A stretch of DNA of 64,000 nucleotides from Nitrosopumilus sp. (GTDB lineage: Archaea > Thermoproteota > Nitrososphaeria > Nitrososphaerales > Nitrosopumilaceae). The stretch covers positions 832,001 through 896,000 of the forward strand of contig OY763927.2 in the NCBI GenBank assembly GCA_963667665.2. Direction: 5' to 3'. A program made the position numbers and the translations under genes. Positions 32,297 through 42,317 of the stretch are shown here, in pieces. The notes under the pieces were generated by a model. That model did not search any database and was not told the origin of the DNA. It saw only the letters and a list, made by a program, of their open reading frames with translations. Numbering within the stretch: position 1 is the first letter of the stretch; every line of letters starts with the position of its first letter.

Positions 32297-32766
32297 TTTC
32301 TTTTTCTCCAAATCAAAAATCCAATTATTCCAATTGCAACAGATAGAACCACAATCCACCTGTACGGATAGTACCAATAAGGATTATCAATGTCAAATTG
32401 TGTTGAAAAAGAATATGGTCCAATCTGTAATGTATTGTCATCATTATCCAAATACAACACTACTCTTTCTCCAATCTCAAAGACAGTTGAATCTTCAACC
32501 CAAACTCCCTCATCATGCACACCAGATCCAACAACATGAAGGACTTCATCAGATTGAGTATTTTTCAGATATCGTATTACTTGTACATCATAAAGAGAGT
32601 GAGTACCCACATCGGTATACTCTATAATAGATCCAAATACAATGATGTCGTAAATATCATACAGTTCTTCTGGAGTATGAGACACGACCAAGGCAAAAGA
32701 TGTAGGAATTAAAGAAAACAAAATTCCAAATGAGATAGCAGATACTATCAAAAGTCTAGTTTTCAT
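32293..32766 (-). CDS. Secreted, C-terminally anchored protein (MKTR-start family)
   Basis: Signal peptide, beta-rich domain, C-terminal TM followed by WRKRK. Confidence 0.75.
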   Translation of the reverse strand: MKTRLLIVSAISFGILFSLIPTSFALVVSHTPEELYDIYDIIVFGSIIEYTDVGTHSLYDVQVIRYLKNTQSDEVLHVVGSGVHDEGVWVEDSTVFEIGERVVLYLDNDDNTLQIGPYSFSTQFDIDNPYWYYPYRWIVVLSVAIGIIGFLIWRKRK

Positions 32767-32770
32767 AATA

Positions 32771-33007
32771 TTATTTAATTGGATTCCAAATACATTTTCC
32801 TAAATCAAATTGATGTGTACTATTTTTTATTAAAAGAGTAGGAATTGCCTGATTAGGACCTACAGGTACACAATTTACTACTAAATCAGCATTTTTTACA
32901 CCTTCATCTGATTTTTTTGTTTCATAATAATCAATGATAGGAACTGTAGATAGAATAATTATTGTAATAGCTAAACTAATGATAATTATTTTTTTATTCA
33001 TTTTCAT
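32771..33007 (-). CDS. Small secreted/membrane-anchored protein
   Basis: N-terminal TM; NSTH...C.W motif shared with 33717..34280. Confidence 0.6.
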   Translation of the reverse strand: MKMNKKIIIISLAITIIILSTVPIIDYYETKKSDEGVKNADLVVNCVPVGPNQAIPTLLIKNSTHQFDLGKCIWNPIK

Positions 33008-33084
33008 CTAATAATCTCCATGTGTATGTTTGAGAATTAATTGTTATTAATTAAATTACACTATCAAAATAAAAAAGAGGGAGA

Positions 33085-33720
33085 TTAACCCAATGTATTC
33101 TCTAAAATTGATTTCATTTGAGAAACTGGCAAATCAGCCATAATAGTATAGTATTTTTTATTTTTCTCGTCTACTACACGAATTTCCCCTGGACTCCAAT
33201 TTTCATGAGTTTCTAACAATTCATTTGTATCTTCATCAATAACTAATGTATTTCTCATTCCTGGTTCAATGAAAAGAGCTGGTAAACCATTTACTTTTCC
33301 CATAGATACTCTATCAGGAAAACTTGTTGAATCTACTAGAAGCTGTAAACGCTTCTCACCACCAGCTATTTCCACATCAAAACCTGAAGTTTGATCAGCT
33401 TCGAAATATCGAATTAGCCCATTTGCAAAAGTTTGTGTAAGTCCGTTGTCTCTACACATTGGTTCTTTTGCAAAGTACAAATCTACAAATCCTGTGTCAG
33501 TATAATTATCCTCTAATGTATGTGATTCAGGAATTCCTACTGGCATATGAAATAACATTTTTCCTGCTTCAGGATTAACATTTTTGTGAACTGTACAATT
33601 TGGGGTTGGCAGAGCATCGACTCTTATAATGTTAGAATCCAAAGATACCATTACTGTAGTTATTCCAAAAATAGCTAGGGCCATACCCACAACTAATGTG
33701 AAATTAACAATTTTTTTCAT
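33085..33720 (-). CDS. Secreted hypothetical protein (paralog family with 34324, 46770 and 48130 genes)
   Basis: Signal anchor; MP.GIPESH.L and VNGLPA segments resemble the paralogs. Confidence 0.7.
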   Translation of the reverse strand: MKKIVNFTLVVGMALAIFGITTVMVSLDSNIIRVDALPTPNCTVHKNVNPEAGKMLFHMPVGIPESHTLEDNYTDTGFVDLYFAKEPMCRDNGLTQTFANGLIRYFEADQTSGFDVEIAGGEKRLQLLVDSTSFPDRVSMGKVNGLPALFIEPGMRNTLVIDEDTNELLETHENWSPGEIRVVDEKNKKYYTIMADLPVSQMKSILENTLG

Positions 33721-34280
33721 TTTATATTCCATTCACACGTATGGTTATCAATTGCATGAGTAGTGTTAGAATAATTTAATGCAGGTTCTGGACATTTTTC
33801 TTTGCCATTAGGATTATTACTGATTCTTTCTTGGCAAGCACAATTACCCAATACACCTTTTAGATGTTTTTCTGTATCATGTCCAATATATTCTACAAAT
33901 GGATAGGTGTATTTTGATTTATCAACACAGTGAGTTCCATTATTGATATAATTCTCAGCACAAAAAATTTCTTTTCCTTCGGTCATTACTGCATCTTCAA
34001 TAGTTTGCCATTTACAGTCAATACTACTTATCTTGTGGGTATTATTATTCCAGTATTGATGTCCTTCGAGATAACAATCACCACCTGATTCGAAGCAAGC
34101 ACAACTATCTAAAACTTTTTGAAGTTCTGCTGGATCACTATTTGGTTCAATATTTGGTTCAATATCAACAACATCTCTAATTACTGTAGTTGACTCTGGT
34201 AATAGAGAATAACCAATTAGCATTAAAATTATTGAAAGAGTTAAAGGAATCCCAATAATTGGAATTAATTTATTCATCAT
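33717..34280 (-). CDS. Cys-rich membrane-anchored extracellular protein
   Basis: N-terminal TM; internally repeated L..CAC...N.TH.I....C.W module. Confidence 0.7.
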   Translation of the reverse strand: MMNKLIPIIGIPLTLSIILMLIGYSLLPESTTVIRDVVDIEPNIEPNSDPAELQKVLDSCACFESGGDCYLEGHQYWNNNTHKISSIDCKWQTIEDAVMTEGKEIFCAENYINNGTHCVDKSKYTYPFVEYIGHDTEKHLKGVLGNCACQERISNNPNGKEKCPEPALNYSNTTHAIDNHTCEWNIK

Positions 34281-34323
34281 CTCTTACCTAATTACTCGTT
34301 TATTAATTTAAAAAGAAAAAAAA

Positions 34324-34968
34324 TTATTGTAGTGAGTTTCCTAATTTCACTAAATCATCAAGTGGAACATTTCCATAGAATGAGTATCTATATCCATCTT
34401 CACTAATGATTTTTAGTTTGGATTTTGTATCATATGTTGTAGTAATTATTTCACCATCACCAAAGTCAGCTGTTTGTGTTCCACAATCTGAACAAGATTC
34501 TACACCATATGCAGGCATACCATTAATTGTAAAGTATTGTGCATTTCTAGCAGGATTAAGTTCATTAATTTCTGCTATGGTTTCTTTGATTCTTTGTTCA
34601 GCTGTTAACATTTCTGCTCTTTCATCTTCTGAAATGTGAACATTTTCATTTACTTGATGTAAGAAAATGTTTCCTTCAGATGGATTAACAGATTCACCTA
34701 ACCATGTAGTCGATTCAACTGAATTATTTGATATTAATACACCAATTTCATTTGGGTTTCCAATGGCCACACATTTCAGTGAATAACCGTTTGAAAAGTC
34801 AGTTGGATATAATCCAAAGCTAGTGATTTTTTTGCTATCTTCGGCAGTCATACAAGTTCTATCAAGATTATTGACAGATATGGAATCAACAGCTTGTATT
34901 GAAACTATACTTGCAATTACTGCAACCATGATAATACTACCAAATAGCATTGTGTTTTTTCTATTCAT
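34324..34968 (-). CDS. Secreted hypothetical protein (same paralog family)
   Basis: Signal anchor; YPTDFSNGYSL, INGMPA and P.DDL.K segments. Confidence 0.7.
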   Translation of the reverse strand: MNRKNTMLFGSIIMVAVIASIVSIQAVDSISVNNLDRTCMTAEDSKKITSFGLYPTDFSNGYSLKCVAIGNPNEIGVLISNNSVESTTWLGESVNPSEGNIFLHQVNENVHISEDERAEMLTAEQRIKETIAEINELNPARNAQYFTINGMPAYGVESCSDCGTQTADFGDGEIITTTYDTKSKLKIISEDGYRYSFYGNVPLDDLVKLGNSLQ

Positions 34969-34974
34969 GATAGT

Positions 34975-35180
34975 CTATCCTGGTAAGTAATCAGACTCAA
35001 ATATACTTGAGGTACAATCATCACTTGCTGCTGATGTACCAAAATCAAGAGTATTTTCACTGTTACTTACTAATTCTATGTCTTTGCCTGAGGCACTATT
35101 GTCATTTTCACAATAATTATTAAAATCTGCAGCTGATAGATTTATCCAGTTTGTTCCATCATGTATTTTGTTTGTTCAAA
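34975..35180 (-). pseudogene. C-terminal remnant of a secreted protein
   Basis: ...NKIHDGTNWINLSAADF...DYLPG*; no start or N-terminus. Confidence 0.45.
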
Positions 35181-35259
35181 TGAACGCACAAATCCCTTTT
35201 TTTATTTTTTAATTAATTATCAATAAATTTTGGAATATTTGATTTTCAATCATCTAAGG

Positions 35260-35898
35260 CTATCTGTATAGATCAGACCAAGTTTGAGTATCCCTCAAAT
35301 CTAAACTACTTGTTGTCTCAGCGCGGTATCCGTTGGTTTTCTTCAAGTCAATCAATGGGTTGTTTGGAGTATAACCACTGCATTCAAACTCAAATTCATC
35401 AATGATTGCAAAGCCCTTACTTGTTGTCCATCCTTCTTCTTTGTCAAAGAGTGTAACAACTTTGTAATCACCTATACTACAATCAGCATACTTGAAGTGT
35501 CTTAATGTTTGACCGTCTTTGTGAAGGTAAACATCAACATCAAATTGTCCATAATTGTGTTGAGTGTTATGTATCCCTCTTTCGAATGACACATCTGCAG
35601 CTTCGTATAGATGTGGTCTGTCAAAATCCATTACTCCTTCCAATTTGAAAGCAGGTGATTCTGAATCACGATCAAAGCCTGACATTTGCGTATACACCTG
35701 AAAACCATCTGATTCTTCTATAGCCTCACGGAATTCAAAGACAGTATGAATTGCAATGTCATTTGCTTTTGTGTATTGTTTCTCTTCAGTTTCTTCAGCA
35801 AAACTTTGTGGTTGCGCCATTCCAACTAAAGCAACTAAGGAGATTGCCAATACTGATACCAGAGTTAATTTTTTCTGTATGGTAATCATCAGTTTCAT
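35260..35898 (-). CDS. Secreted hypothetical protein
   Basis: Signal peptide ending SFA; beta-rich domain. Confidence 0.75.
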   Translation of the reverse strand: MKLMITIQKKLTLVSVLAISLVALVGMAQPQSFAEETEEKQYTKANDIAIHTVFEFREAIEESDGFQVYTQMSGFDRDSESPAFKLEGVMDFDRPHLYEAADVSFERGIHNTQHNYGQFDVDVYLHKDGQTLRHFKYADCSIGDYKVVTLFDKEEGWTTSKGFAIIDEFEFECSGYTPNNPLIDLKKTNGYRAETTSSLDLRDTQTWSDLYR

Positions 35899-36243
35899 CT
35901 AATCTAAGATGGGAAATATAATACACTTGTTGGATATAGTAACTATAGAATATCTAGTTGTAATTATTCTATATTCTAGAAACTTATTTTATAATAAGAT
36001 AATTTAACTTTGATTGATCATCATCTGGTAATCATAGTAAGATTATGGTTCACATACCAATAGTCATTTTGTGAATATTGGTTAGGTCAAATCTCAACAG
36101 ATTTGAACATAGTGTAAATATATGCTGTAAAATAATTTCAAACACTTCCTACCAAAAATTACTCCTATGTTAAAGTAAAATATGTACAAATCTCTTTAAC
36201 AGGTATAAAATAATATTTAAGAAATCATGTAATTATCAGATGT

Positions 36244-36915
36244 ATGGGAGATAAAAAAAGAGGCTCTGTAAGTAAACAAAAACTAAAAGCAGTTCTTGAA
36301 AATGAGCATCTTTGGTCCAGAGTAAGAGTATATGCAGTTCATGAAATGAAACCAATTGTAGCAGAAATTAAAAAAAGATATCCTAATGATGTAATTAGAA
36401 AATCACTTGTAAATTACTCAATTATTAGAACTGTTTCAGTTTTTGAAATATATCTTCTTAATCTATCACACAGATTAGCAAGACACGATCCAGATAAAAC
36501 AAAAAACTTATTTTCAGATATTAAAACAAGTGAAACACTTGAGAATCAATTGGTGTCAGTATTTAGTTTCACCAAACTTGAAGATATCAATAATGTTTTT
36601 TCTAATTTCATAGATGAAGATTTTTTAACAAAAATACAGAAAGAGAGTGTAGAATATGCTCCAGATTATTGGTACGAGAGTGAACATATGCCATATACCA
36701 AACCCTTACACAAAAATTGGGATGAATTCATTAAGATTTTCGAAATACGTCATGATATCATTCATCATAACAAGTTAGTAAATTTTCAATACTCTTACTT
36801 AAGAAATCTATTGGGCAACACAATGCAATTTTTGATGTGTGCTTCAGGTATTGTTCCACACATATCACCATATGCATCAGAACAGGAAGAACTCGAAGAG
36901 ATTGAAGATATTTAA
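36244..36915 (+). CDS. HEPN-domain protein (putative RNase)
   Basis: SVFE.YL helix and RHDIIH (Rx4H) motif. Confidence 0.7.
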   Translation: MGDKKRGSVSKQKLKAVLENEHLWSRVRVYAVHEMKPIVAEIKKRYPNDVIRKSLVNYSIIRTVSVFEIYLLNLSHRLARHDPDKTKNLFSDIKTSETLENQLVSVFSFTKLEDINNVFSNFIDEDFLTKIQKESVEYAPDYWYESEHMPYTKPLHKNWDEFIKIFEIRHDIIHHNKLVNFQYSYLRNLLGNTMQFLMCASGIVPHISPYASEQEELEEIEDI

Positions 36916-37375
36916 TTTTTTGCCAGGTTTAACAACAAATTTAATTTATTTTACGGTTCAAATTCTATTAAGAAATTATATTTTTCACCATAATTTTGAA
37001 AAAAGGTCAAACGGAAACTCCTTGTCTATACCCCTTACACATTGTGCTCCCGTTACAATTTGAACCCTAGACGTGACAAAACCAAAAATTAACTAATTTT
37101 TAACAATTAATCCTTGAGAGAGATTTGAACCAATCAAATAATTCTAGATTGGAGCATGATAATACGAAAAACATGATAATCTTACGATATTTCAGGAACA
37201 TATTGGTTAGATTTTTTCTTTTACATGAAATCAGATAATGTAGATTTTACTCAGGAAATTCCTGAGATAGTATTCATGAATGCCAGATTCTGTTGGTACC
37301 CATAATGACTCGCATTTACTTTATTCAAAATATAACCAACACCAACAAAAACGAGTCTCAAAAAAGCGTGACATT

Positions 37376-39397
37376 CTATCTACCAAGAAGAGTTTTTGTT
37401 AATTTGTATAGATTTCCAAAGCTTGGCTGGCTGATTTTAGACACATCTCGTATATCATTTCGAGTTACATTTTCACCACACACTATACATGCAAGATACA
37501 GTACAGTCGCAGCTAGCCCACTAGGTTTTCTACCCACACCACCACCCATTTTTGTAATTGTATCAATACATTTCATGGCATGTTTAGTGGCATTATCGGA
37601 AATTCCTAATTGTTTGGAATAGATAGTAACATAGTTTTTCATTCGTGAATTAGAATCAACCGGATTCTTAGAATAGATATTTAGATTTATTTTTCTTTCA
37701 GCTTCGATAAAGACCTGGTTCTCTCTACGGATTTTTTTCAAATAGCGAGTTTTCTCCAAATAATCAATTCTATTTCTAATCATTTTTTCTGTAATATCAC
37801 CACCTTCTAACAATTCAATCAAACTTTCAAGTGGAATAGAATTATCTCGGAGTATGCCTTTTACCTCACTATCCAATGCTCTAGTTCTCAGTCTCTTGTA
37901 AAAGGAGGAATTAATACCAGTTTGTTCATGGAGATCATCCAAACTTTCTAAAATAGATGATGAGAAATTTGTTTTCGTGTCGTGTTCTTGTCTAAGTAAT
38001 TCTTTCCAAACTATTTTCCAATCAAAATTACCAGCTTGAACTATTAAGCCTAAATCCTGAATATCTCCTTCTCTCAAAGTAACTGCTTTTAATAAAAATA
38101 AATCTTCATTGCAAATACTGTGTAAAATGAGTTTACCAAATTCTTCAACAGTAGATCTTTTGATCATGTTTTCAGATAATAACAATTTTCTTGCAATTCT
38201 TGTTTTGAATAAATCTATACGACTTCGAGCTGGATGCTCAAGTATATCAAAAGGATCAATACGATTATCATCTTCTGTAAAATGTAATTTGTTAAGTGAA
38301 CGATATCCAATTTGCTCCAAACATGCAACTAATGCGTTTCCTTCATCCCCATCAATCACTATAATATCACAATCTTTAGTTCTAGGTTTAATGCCTTTTT
38401 TCCTCATGTTTTCACCTCCAAAAAGATATGCTTTGACAGGTTTTTCCAATTGTTCACCTATCTCTTCGAATAATTTTGGATATGCAGTTGGAAGAGTGTA
38501 CAAATCAGGAGAAATATTGTATAACCTTGCTTTTTCCTCAAATTCATTTTTTGGTAAAAATAATTCAGTGTTGGTTACAGGGTTATTTCTAATATACCCC
38601 TCCACATCTATCCAAATATTTGAAATTGAATAAAGTCTAGCTGTTCGTCTAATTTCCAATGGATCCATTTTATCTCTATTTTTTAAATAAAATAGCATAC
38701 ATATTGTAATCTCATTTTTGTTTTTATTTTGTATTGCAGATATTATAGAATGTATCAACACATCCTCAAGTGTTATTGCCCCATCTTGTTTTATGTAGTA
38801 ATCATTAATTGTATGGTAATCTATACCATAATCTGAGAATAAAGAAAGACCAGTTAATTCACCGTTAATATTTTCATTTTTGAGTGTTTTTTTCAATACT
38901 CTCATACTATCTTGATAAATTATCTCAGAGTTTGGCTCAGTTAATTTTGCATTTTCTTCTGTTTTTAGATATTTAGCAAAAAGAAATACATCTTCATTTT
39001 CTCTTTTCAAATTTATCTTATTATTTGTTTTTGTTATAACTCCAATAGAATTAAAATCAGATATTGTACGTTGGATTGTTCTCAAAGAAAGACCAGTTAT
39101 CTTTTCTATTTCTTCAAAAGTTCTGGGCTCGGTTATACTAATTAGTATTTTTTCATTTGAATCATGTAATAATTTTTCAATGTCATAGTGCGTCGACATT
39201 TTATTGAAAAGAGCATATTTTGGATTTAGATTTATTTTTAAAACTCCATCTTCTTTATGGACATAATTCTGGTCAACTAGTTCCTTTACAAGTAAATTAA
39301 ATTGAGAATCACTAATTCCCAAATCCTGTTTTAGGACAGTAATTGTGTTTGTTCCTTTACTAATTTTTTTTAATAGTTGTATCAATGTTTTGTTCAT
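37376..39397 (-). CDS. Fusion protein: winged-HTH domains + DUF6036/AbiEii-like nucleotidyltransferase + C-terminal TFB-type cyclin repeat
   Basis: N-terminal HTHs (LKQDLGISDSQF; IEKITGLSLRTIQR); YLFGG..M......TKDCDI and KAVT.REGD..D NTase motifs; GRKPSGLAATVLYLAC...VT.NDI..VSKISQPS matches the TFB second cyclin repeat. Confidence 0.75.
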   Translation of the reverse strand: MNKTLIQLLKKISKGTNTITVLKQDLGISDSQFNLLVKELVDQNYVHKEDGVLKINLNPKYALFNKMSTHYDIEKLLHDSNEKILISITEPRTFEEIEKITGLSLRTIQRTISDFNSIGVITKTNNKINLKRENEDVFLFAKYLKTEENAKLTEPNSEIIYQDSMRVLKKTLKNENINGELTGLSLFSDYGIDYHTINDYYIKQDGAITLEDVLIHSIISAIQNKNKNEITICMLFYLKNRDKMDPLEIRRTARLYSISNIWIDVEGYIRNNPVTNTELFLPKNEFEEKARLYNISPDLYTLPTAYPKLFEEIGEQLEKPVKAYLFGGENMRKKGIKPRTKDCDIIVIDGDEGNALVACLEQIGYRSLNKLHFTEDDNRIDPFDILEHPARSRIDLFKTRIARKLLLSENMIKRSTVEEFGKLILHSICNEDLFLLKAVTLREGDIQDLGLIVQAGNFDWKIVWKELLRQEHDTKTNFSSSILESLDDLHEQTGINSSFYKRLRTRALDSEVKGILRDNSIPLESLIELLEGGDITEKMIRNRIDYLEKTRYLKKIRRENQVFIEAERKINLNIYSKNPVDSNSRMKNYVTIYSKQLGISDNATKHAMKCIDTITKMGGGVGRKPSGLAATVLYLACIVCGENVTRNDIRDVSKISQPSFGNLYKLTKTLLGR

Positions 39398-39614
39398 TTT
39401 AGTGACATTTAATAGGTTAAATTACTATAAAAACATATTTTATGACACTAAATTAAGAATTATCATTTTTGTAGCCAAGGCATGTTCATGTGAACATACC
39501 TTGAGGAAAATTCAGAAAAACAGGATAATATGAAACACATGATAATAAGAAAAATATTTACATTTTTGAACAGATTAAGGTAAGTTTACCTGAACTTCCC
39601 TTAAAACAATGGGC

Positions 39615-40088
39615 TCACGGCTCAAAAGATAGATGAGTTTGTTTGGCATTAGAGGGTTTTTTCTTTGAATTACCCTCGACAACATTGTCCTGAATGAATT
39701 TGTTGAATGCTGCAAGCATTGGAGTCTTGTTTAAAATGTTAGAATGTTGTGCAATAAGATTACCTATCACCAATGCGTTTTGCATCATTGGATAAGCATT
39801 TGATTTGTTTTGATTCTTTTCGTAAACGTTTTGTAAAGACTCTTGCAAATTTGTCATTCGTTCAATTTCTTTTGAAAGGTAATTCAAATTTCTTTTGAAA
39901 TTTAATACAAAACCTTCTCTAGCTAAATGATGCAACCAAGCTGTGTTGTCTTCTTGTAACACTTGCATGTAGTTTTTCCATGTTGCATCAGATTTTATTT
40001 TGCAATCTTTTTTTATTTCTTCTACCGATCTGCCTTGATGAAATCCGGCTAGGATTTTCTCTTTCTTTTTTGCATTTATGTTCGGCAT
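39615..40088 (-). CDS. HTH-containing hypothetical protein of an integrated element
   Basis: N-terminal HTH-like segment (GRSVEEIKKDCKI...TWKNY) then helical region. Confidence 0.6.
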   Translation of the reverse strand: MPNINAKKKEKILAGFHQGRSVEEIKKDCKIKSDATWKNYMQVLQEDNTAWLHHLAREGFVLNFKRNLNYLSKEIERMTNLQESLQNVYEKNQNKSNAYPMMQNALVIGNLIAQHSNILNKTPMLAAFNKFIQDNVVEGNSKKKPSNAKQTHLSFEP

Positions 40089-40140
40089 TTGATCGGCCCC
40101 CCCACACCATTAGCCAAGATATATTCTAAACAATGCAGCA

Positions 40141-40773
40141 TCATTGGCCAGTTCTCCTGAAAATAATTTGCTTGCCGTTAACTTCTCTTCGTTCATAATC
40201 TTTTGCTACAGCACAAGACATTGATTCCAAATGACGTTGAACAGCAGAATGAGAGCCTCGGCCAATTTCATTTTGAACTAGATAAGTAACACATTCTACA
40301 GCTTCTTTCATCGGAAGATCTATTCGGATGGGAGGTTTTCCATTATGTGGAATCAGTTGTTGTGAAAGGAATTGAGTACAATGTTTGATTATTACTACAC
40401 TTACGTCGGCTTCATCACTTGTCTGCTTGCCTATGTTGAATCTTATTCCTCGCTCGCTCTCTCGCGCAGGGTCGAATTCATCAGCCCATCTTTCATTTGT
40501 TTTTAATTTATCAAGAGCAAGATTCTTCCAATCAAAGTTAGTTTTCTTTTCTTCATTACAAATAGCATGAGCCCAAACCATATTTTCAAGTCGGTTATCT
40601 GACTCTTTGTTGTTAAGATGATCCCATTCTAGGCATAGAGTATTAGATTCTGGATGAAATGGTTGTTTGCAATAGAAGCAAGTACATTCTTCATATTTGA
40701 GTCCAGGATAATCTCTACGCATTATCATCTGACCCCATTTCATTTTTTGATTATGGTTAATGTGTAAAGTCAT
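40141..40773 (-). CDS. HNH endonuclease-domain protein
   Basis: CFYC...EWDHLNN...NRLENM...HAICNEEK; probable start MTLHINH at 40773. Confidence 0.75.
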   Translation of the reverse strand: MTLHINHNQKMKWGQMIMRRDYPGLKYEECTCFYCKQPFHPESNTLCLEWDHLNNKESDNRLENMVWAHAICNEEKKTNFDWKNLALDKLKTNERWADEFDPARESERGIRFNIGKQTSDEADVSVVIIKHCTQFLSQQLIPHNGKPPIRIDLPMKEAVECVTYLVQNEIGRGSHSAVQRHLESMSCAVAKDYERREVNGKQIIFRRTGQ

Positions 40774-40819
40774 AATGATGTAACTCCAGAAATGCTTTGG
40801 CGAGAGAGAGAGCGAGAAA

Positions 40820-41005
40820 TCAATTTGTACAAGTACCTTTACTAGAAATAATTGCAATTTTTTTGATAATGTGTTTAGTAAAACAATCTATCTTGGAACA
40901 CTTTTGACAAACACTGTAAGACTTGGCATCTCCTGCAACAGAATAAGTGATGATATATGATGGTGTATGTTCATCCATACAAGAATAAATAATTTGTTTA
41001 GTCAT
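40820..41005 (-). CDS. Small zinc-finger protein
   Basis: C...H...Y...Y...CQKC pattern. Confidence 0.55.
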   Translation of the reverse strand: MTKQIIYSCMDEHTPSYIITYSVAGDAKSYSVCQKCSKIDCFTKHIIKKIAIISSKGTCTN

Positions 41006-41168
41006 TTGTGATTTTTACTCCCATATTGTACAATCACATATTCAATTCTCAACATATGTTTTCTAAATAAAAATAATGATTAAAAAACTAATTGTAAATG
41101 AAACACCAATTAGATTATCATTAGATAGTTATGTTATAGATATTTTTAAAAATAACAGTTAGAACAAA

Positions 41169-42317
41169 CTAGTTTTTTCTTTTAAGTTCCATTCTTTTTT
41201 TATCTAGTAAAAGCTCATCCAATATTTTTTTTGTTTCTAGCTGGTCTTGAGACTGTTGTTTCTTGTATTCCTCAAACTGTTTTTCAAGACTTGCAGATTT
41301 TTTTAAGCTATCATGTAATTGATTATCATGAGATATTTCAGTAAATACCGTGATTTCAGGCTCTACCATTTCATAGTAAATTTCCAACGCGTGCCTTGAT
41401 CTTCCCTTGTATTCTTTAGAGCCAGAGTATTTTTTGCCAGTGAATATTTTTTTGAAAGCTAACGGAACACCTGCTCTGTCACACGCATCATCAAACTCTT
41501 TTCTCATTCTTTTTGGTCTGAATAGTTGTTGTACACCAGGTTTCAACGTTATAGACATGTGTGAAACTCCAGTTCTAACATTAACTGAGAATTGTGCTCT
41601 GCTTAATGCATTGCCTCTTGGCAACAATTCATAATCAGATGGCGTAAAGTTTCTACCGTATTTTGTTCTGAAGGTAGCTTTTCTTTTAGCTAGCTCAGTT
41701 ACAAAAACAGGTTCATCATCAGATGCAAATTCTCGTTCTTGTTTGTAATAGCGTCTTAGTAGTCGAGTAGCTTCTTTGCTGAAAAAAGTATCAATAATCT
41801 CACCAGACTTGCTTCTAAAATCACTAATGAAAAATCGGTCATGTTGAGCCTCTTGGTATCTAACATCACCAACAGTAATTCTCAACAAATCCCCACTATC
41901 TATTCCAGAGCTTAGTGCACAAAGAAATATCACCTGATCTCTAAAATTAAAATGAGATAAAATTTCCTTGAAAAGATCCCTATCAATAATTACTTTTCTT
42001 ATTATTTGGTTGTCATCTAATTTGATTTCGATGATTTTTGTCATTGGATAATTTTTGTCAGTTGAAGCTACTTGTCGAGCTCGTATGGCAGGAGATTTGA
42101 TCTTGCCCATAGTTACGGCGTTATGGCTATAGAATCCTCTAACGGTTCCATAGATTCCAATTACAGCAGAATTATAATCTATAGTGGGTTTGTTTTTGCA
42201 ATACACAAATCCCTGGTGCAATCGTGTCTTGACTTTCCTAGGATCAATTACAGCTTCCTCGATTAACTCATCTGGATTTTTTGGGTCGTCAGATTGACTT
42301 ACAGCTTTTAAGAACAT
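41169..42317 (-). CDS. Tyrosine recombinase/integrase-like protein with atypical catalytic motifs
   Basis: RD..IF..ALSSG.D.GDLL.IT.GDV, R.KS and P..MRK.F....AG....F.G.......Y layout; the frame stays open about 48 codons upstream without an ATG. Confidence 0.75.
   Translation of the reverse strand: MFLKAVSQSDDPKNPDELIEEAVIDPRKVKTRLHQGFVYCKNKPTIDYNSAVIGIYGTVRGFYSHNAVTMGKIKSPAIRARQVASTDKNYPMTKIIEIKLDDNQIIRKVIIDRDLFKEILSHFNFRDQVIFLCALSSGIDSGDLLRITVGDVRYQEAQHDRFFISDFRSKSGEIIDTFFSKEATRLLRRYYKQEREFASDDEPVFVTELAKRKATFRTKYGRNFTPSDYELLPRGNALSRAQFSVNVRTGVSHMSITLKPGVQQLFRPKRMRKEFDDACDRAGVPLAFKKIFTGKKYSGSKEYKGRSRHALEIYYEMVEPEITVFTEISHDNQLHDSLKKSASLEKQFEEYKKQQSQDQLETKKILDELLLDKKRMELKRKN

Noticed and set aside
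37044-37135. Two GGTTCAAAT tRNA T-loop-like motifs on the minus strand as att remnants
   Set aside because: Flanking bases do not form T-stems and no cloverleaf can be built.
40448-40817. CT- and GA-microsatellites forming a loose inverted repeat around the HNH domain
   Set aside because: Low-complexity and short; could arise by chance.
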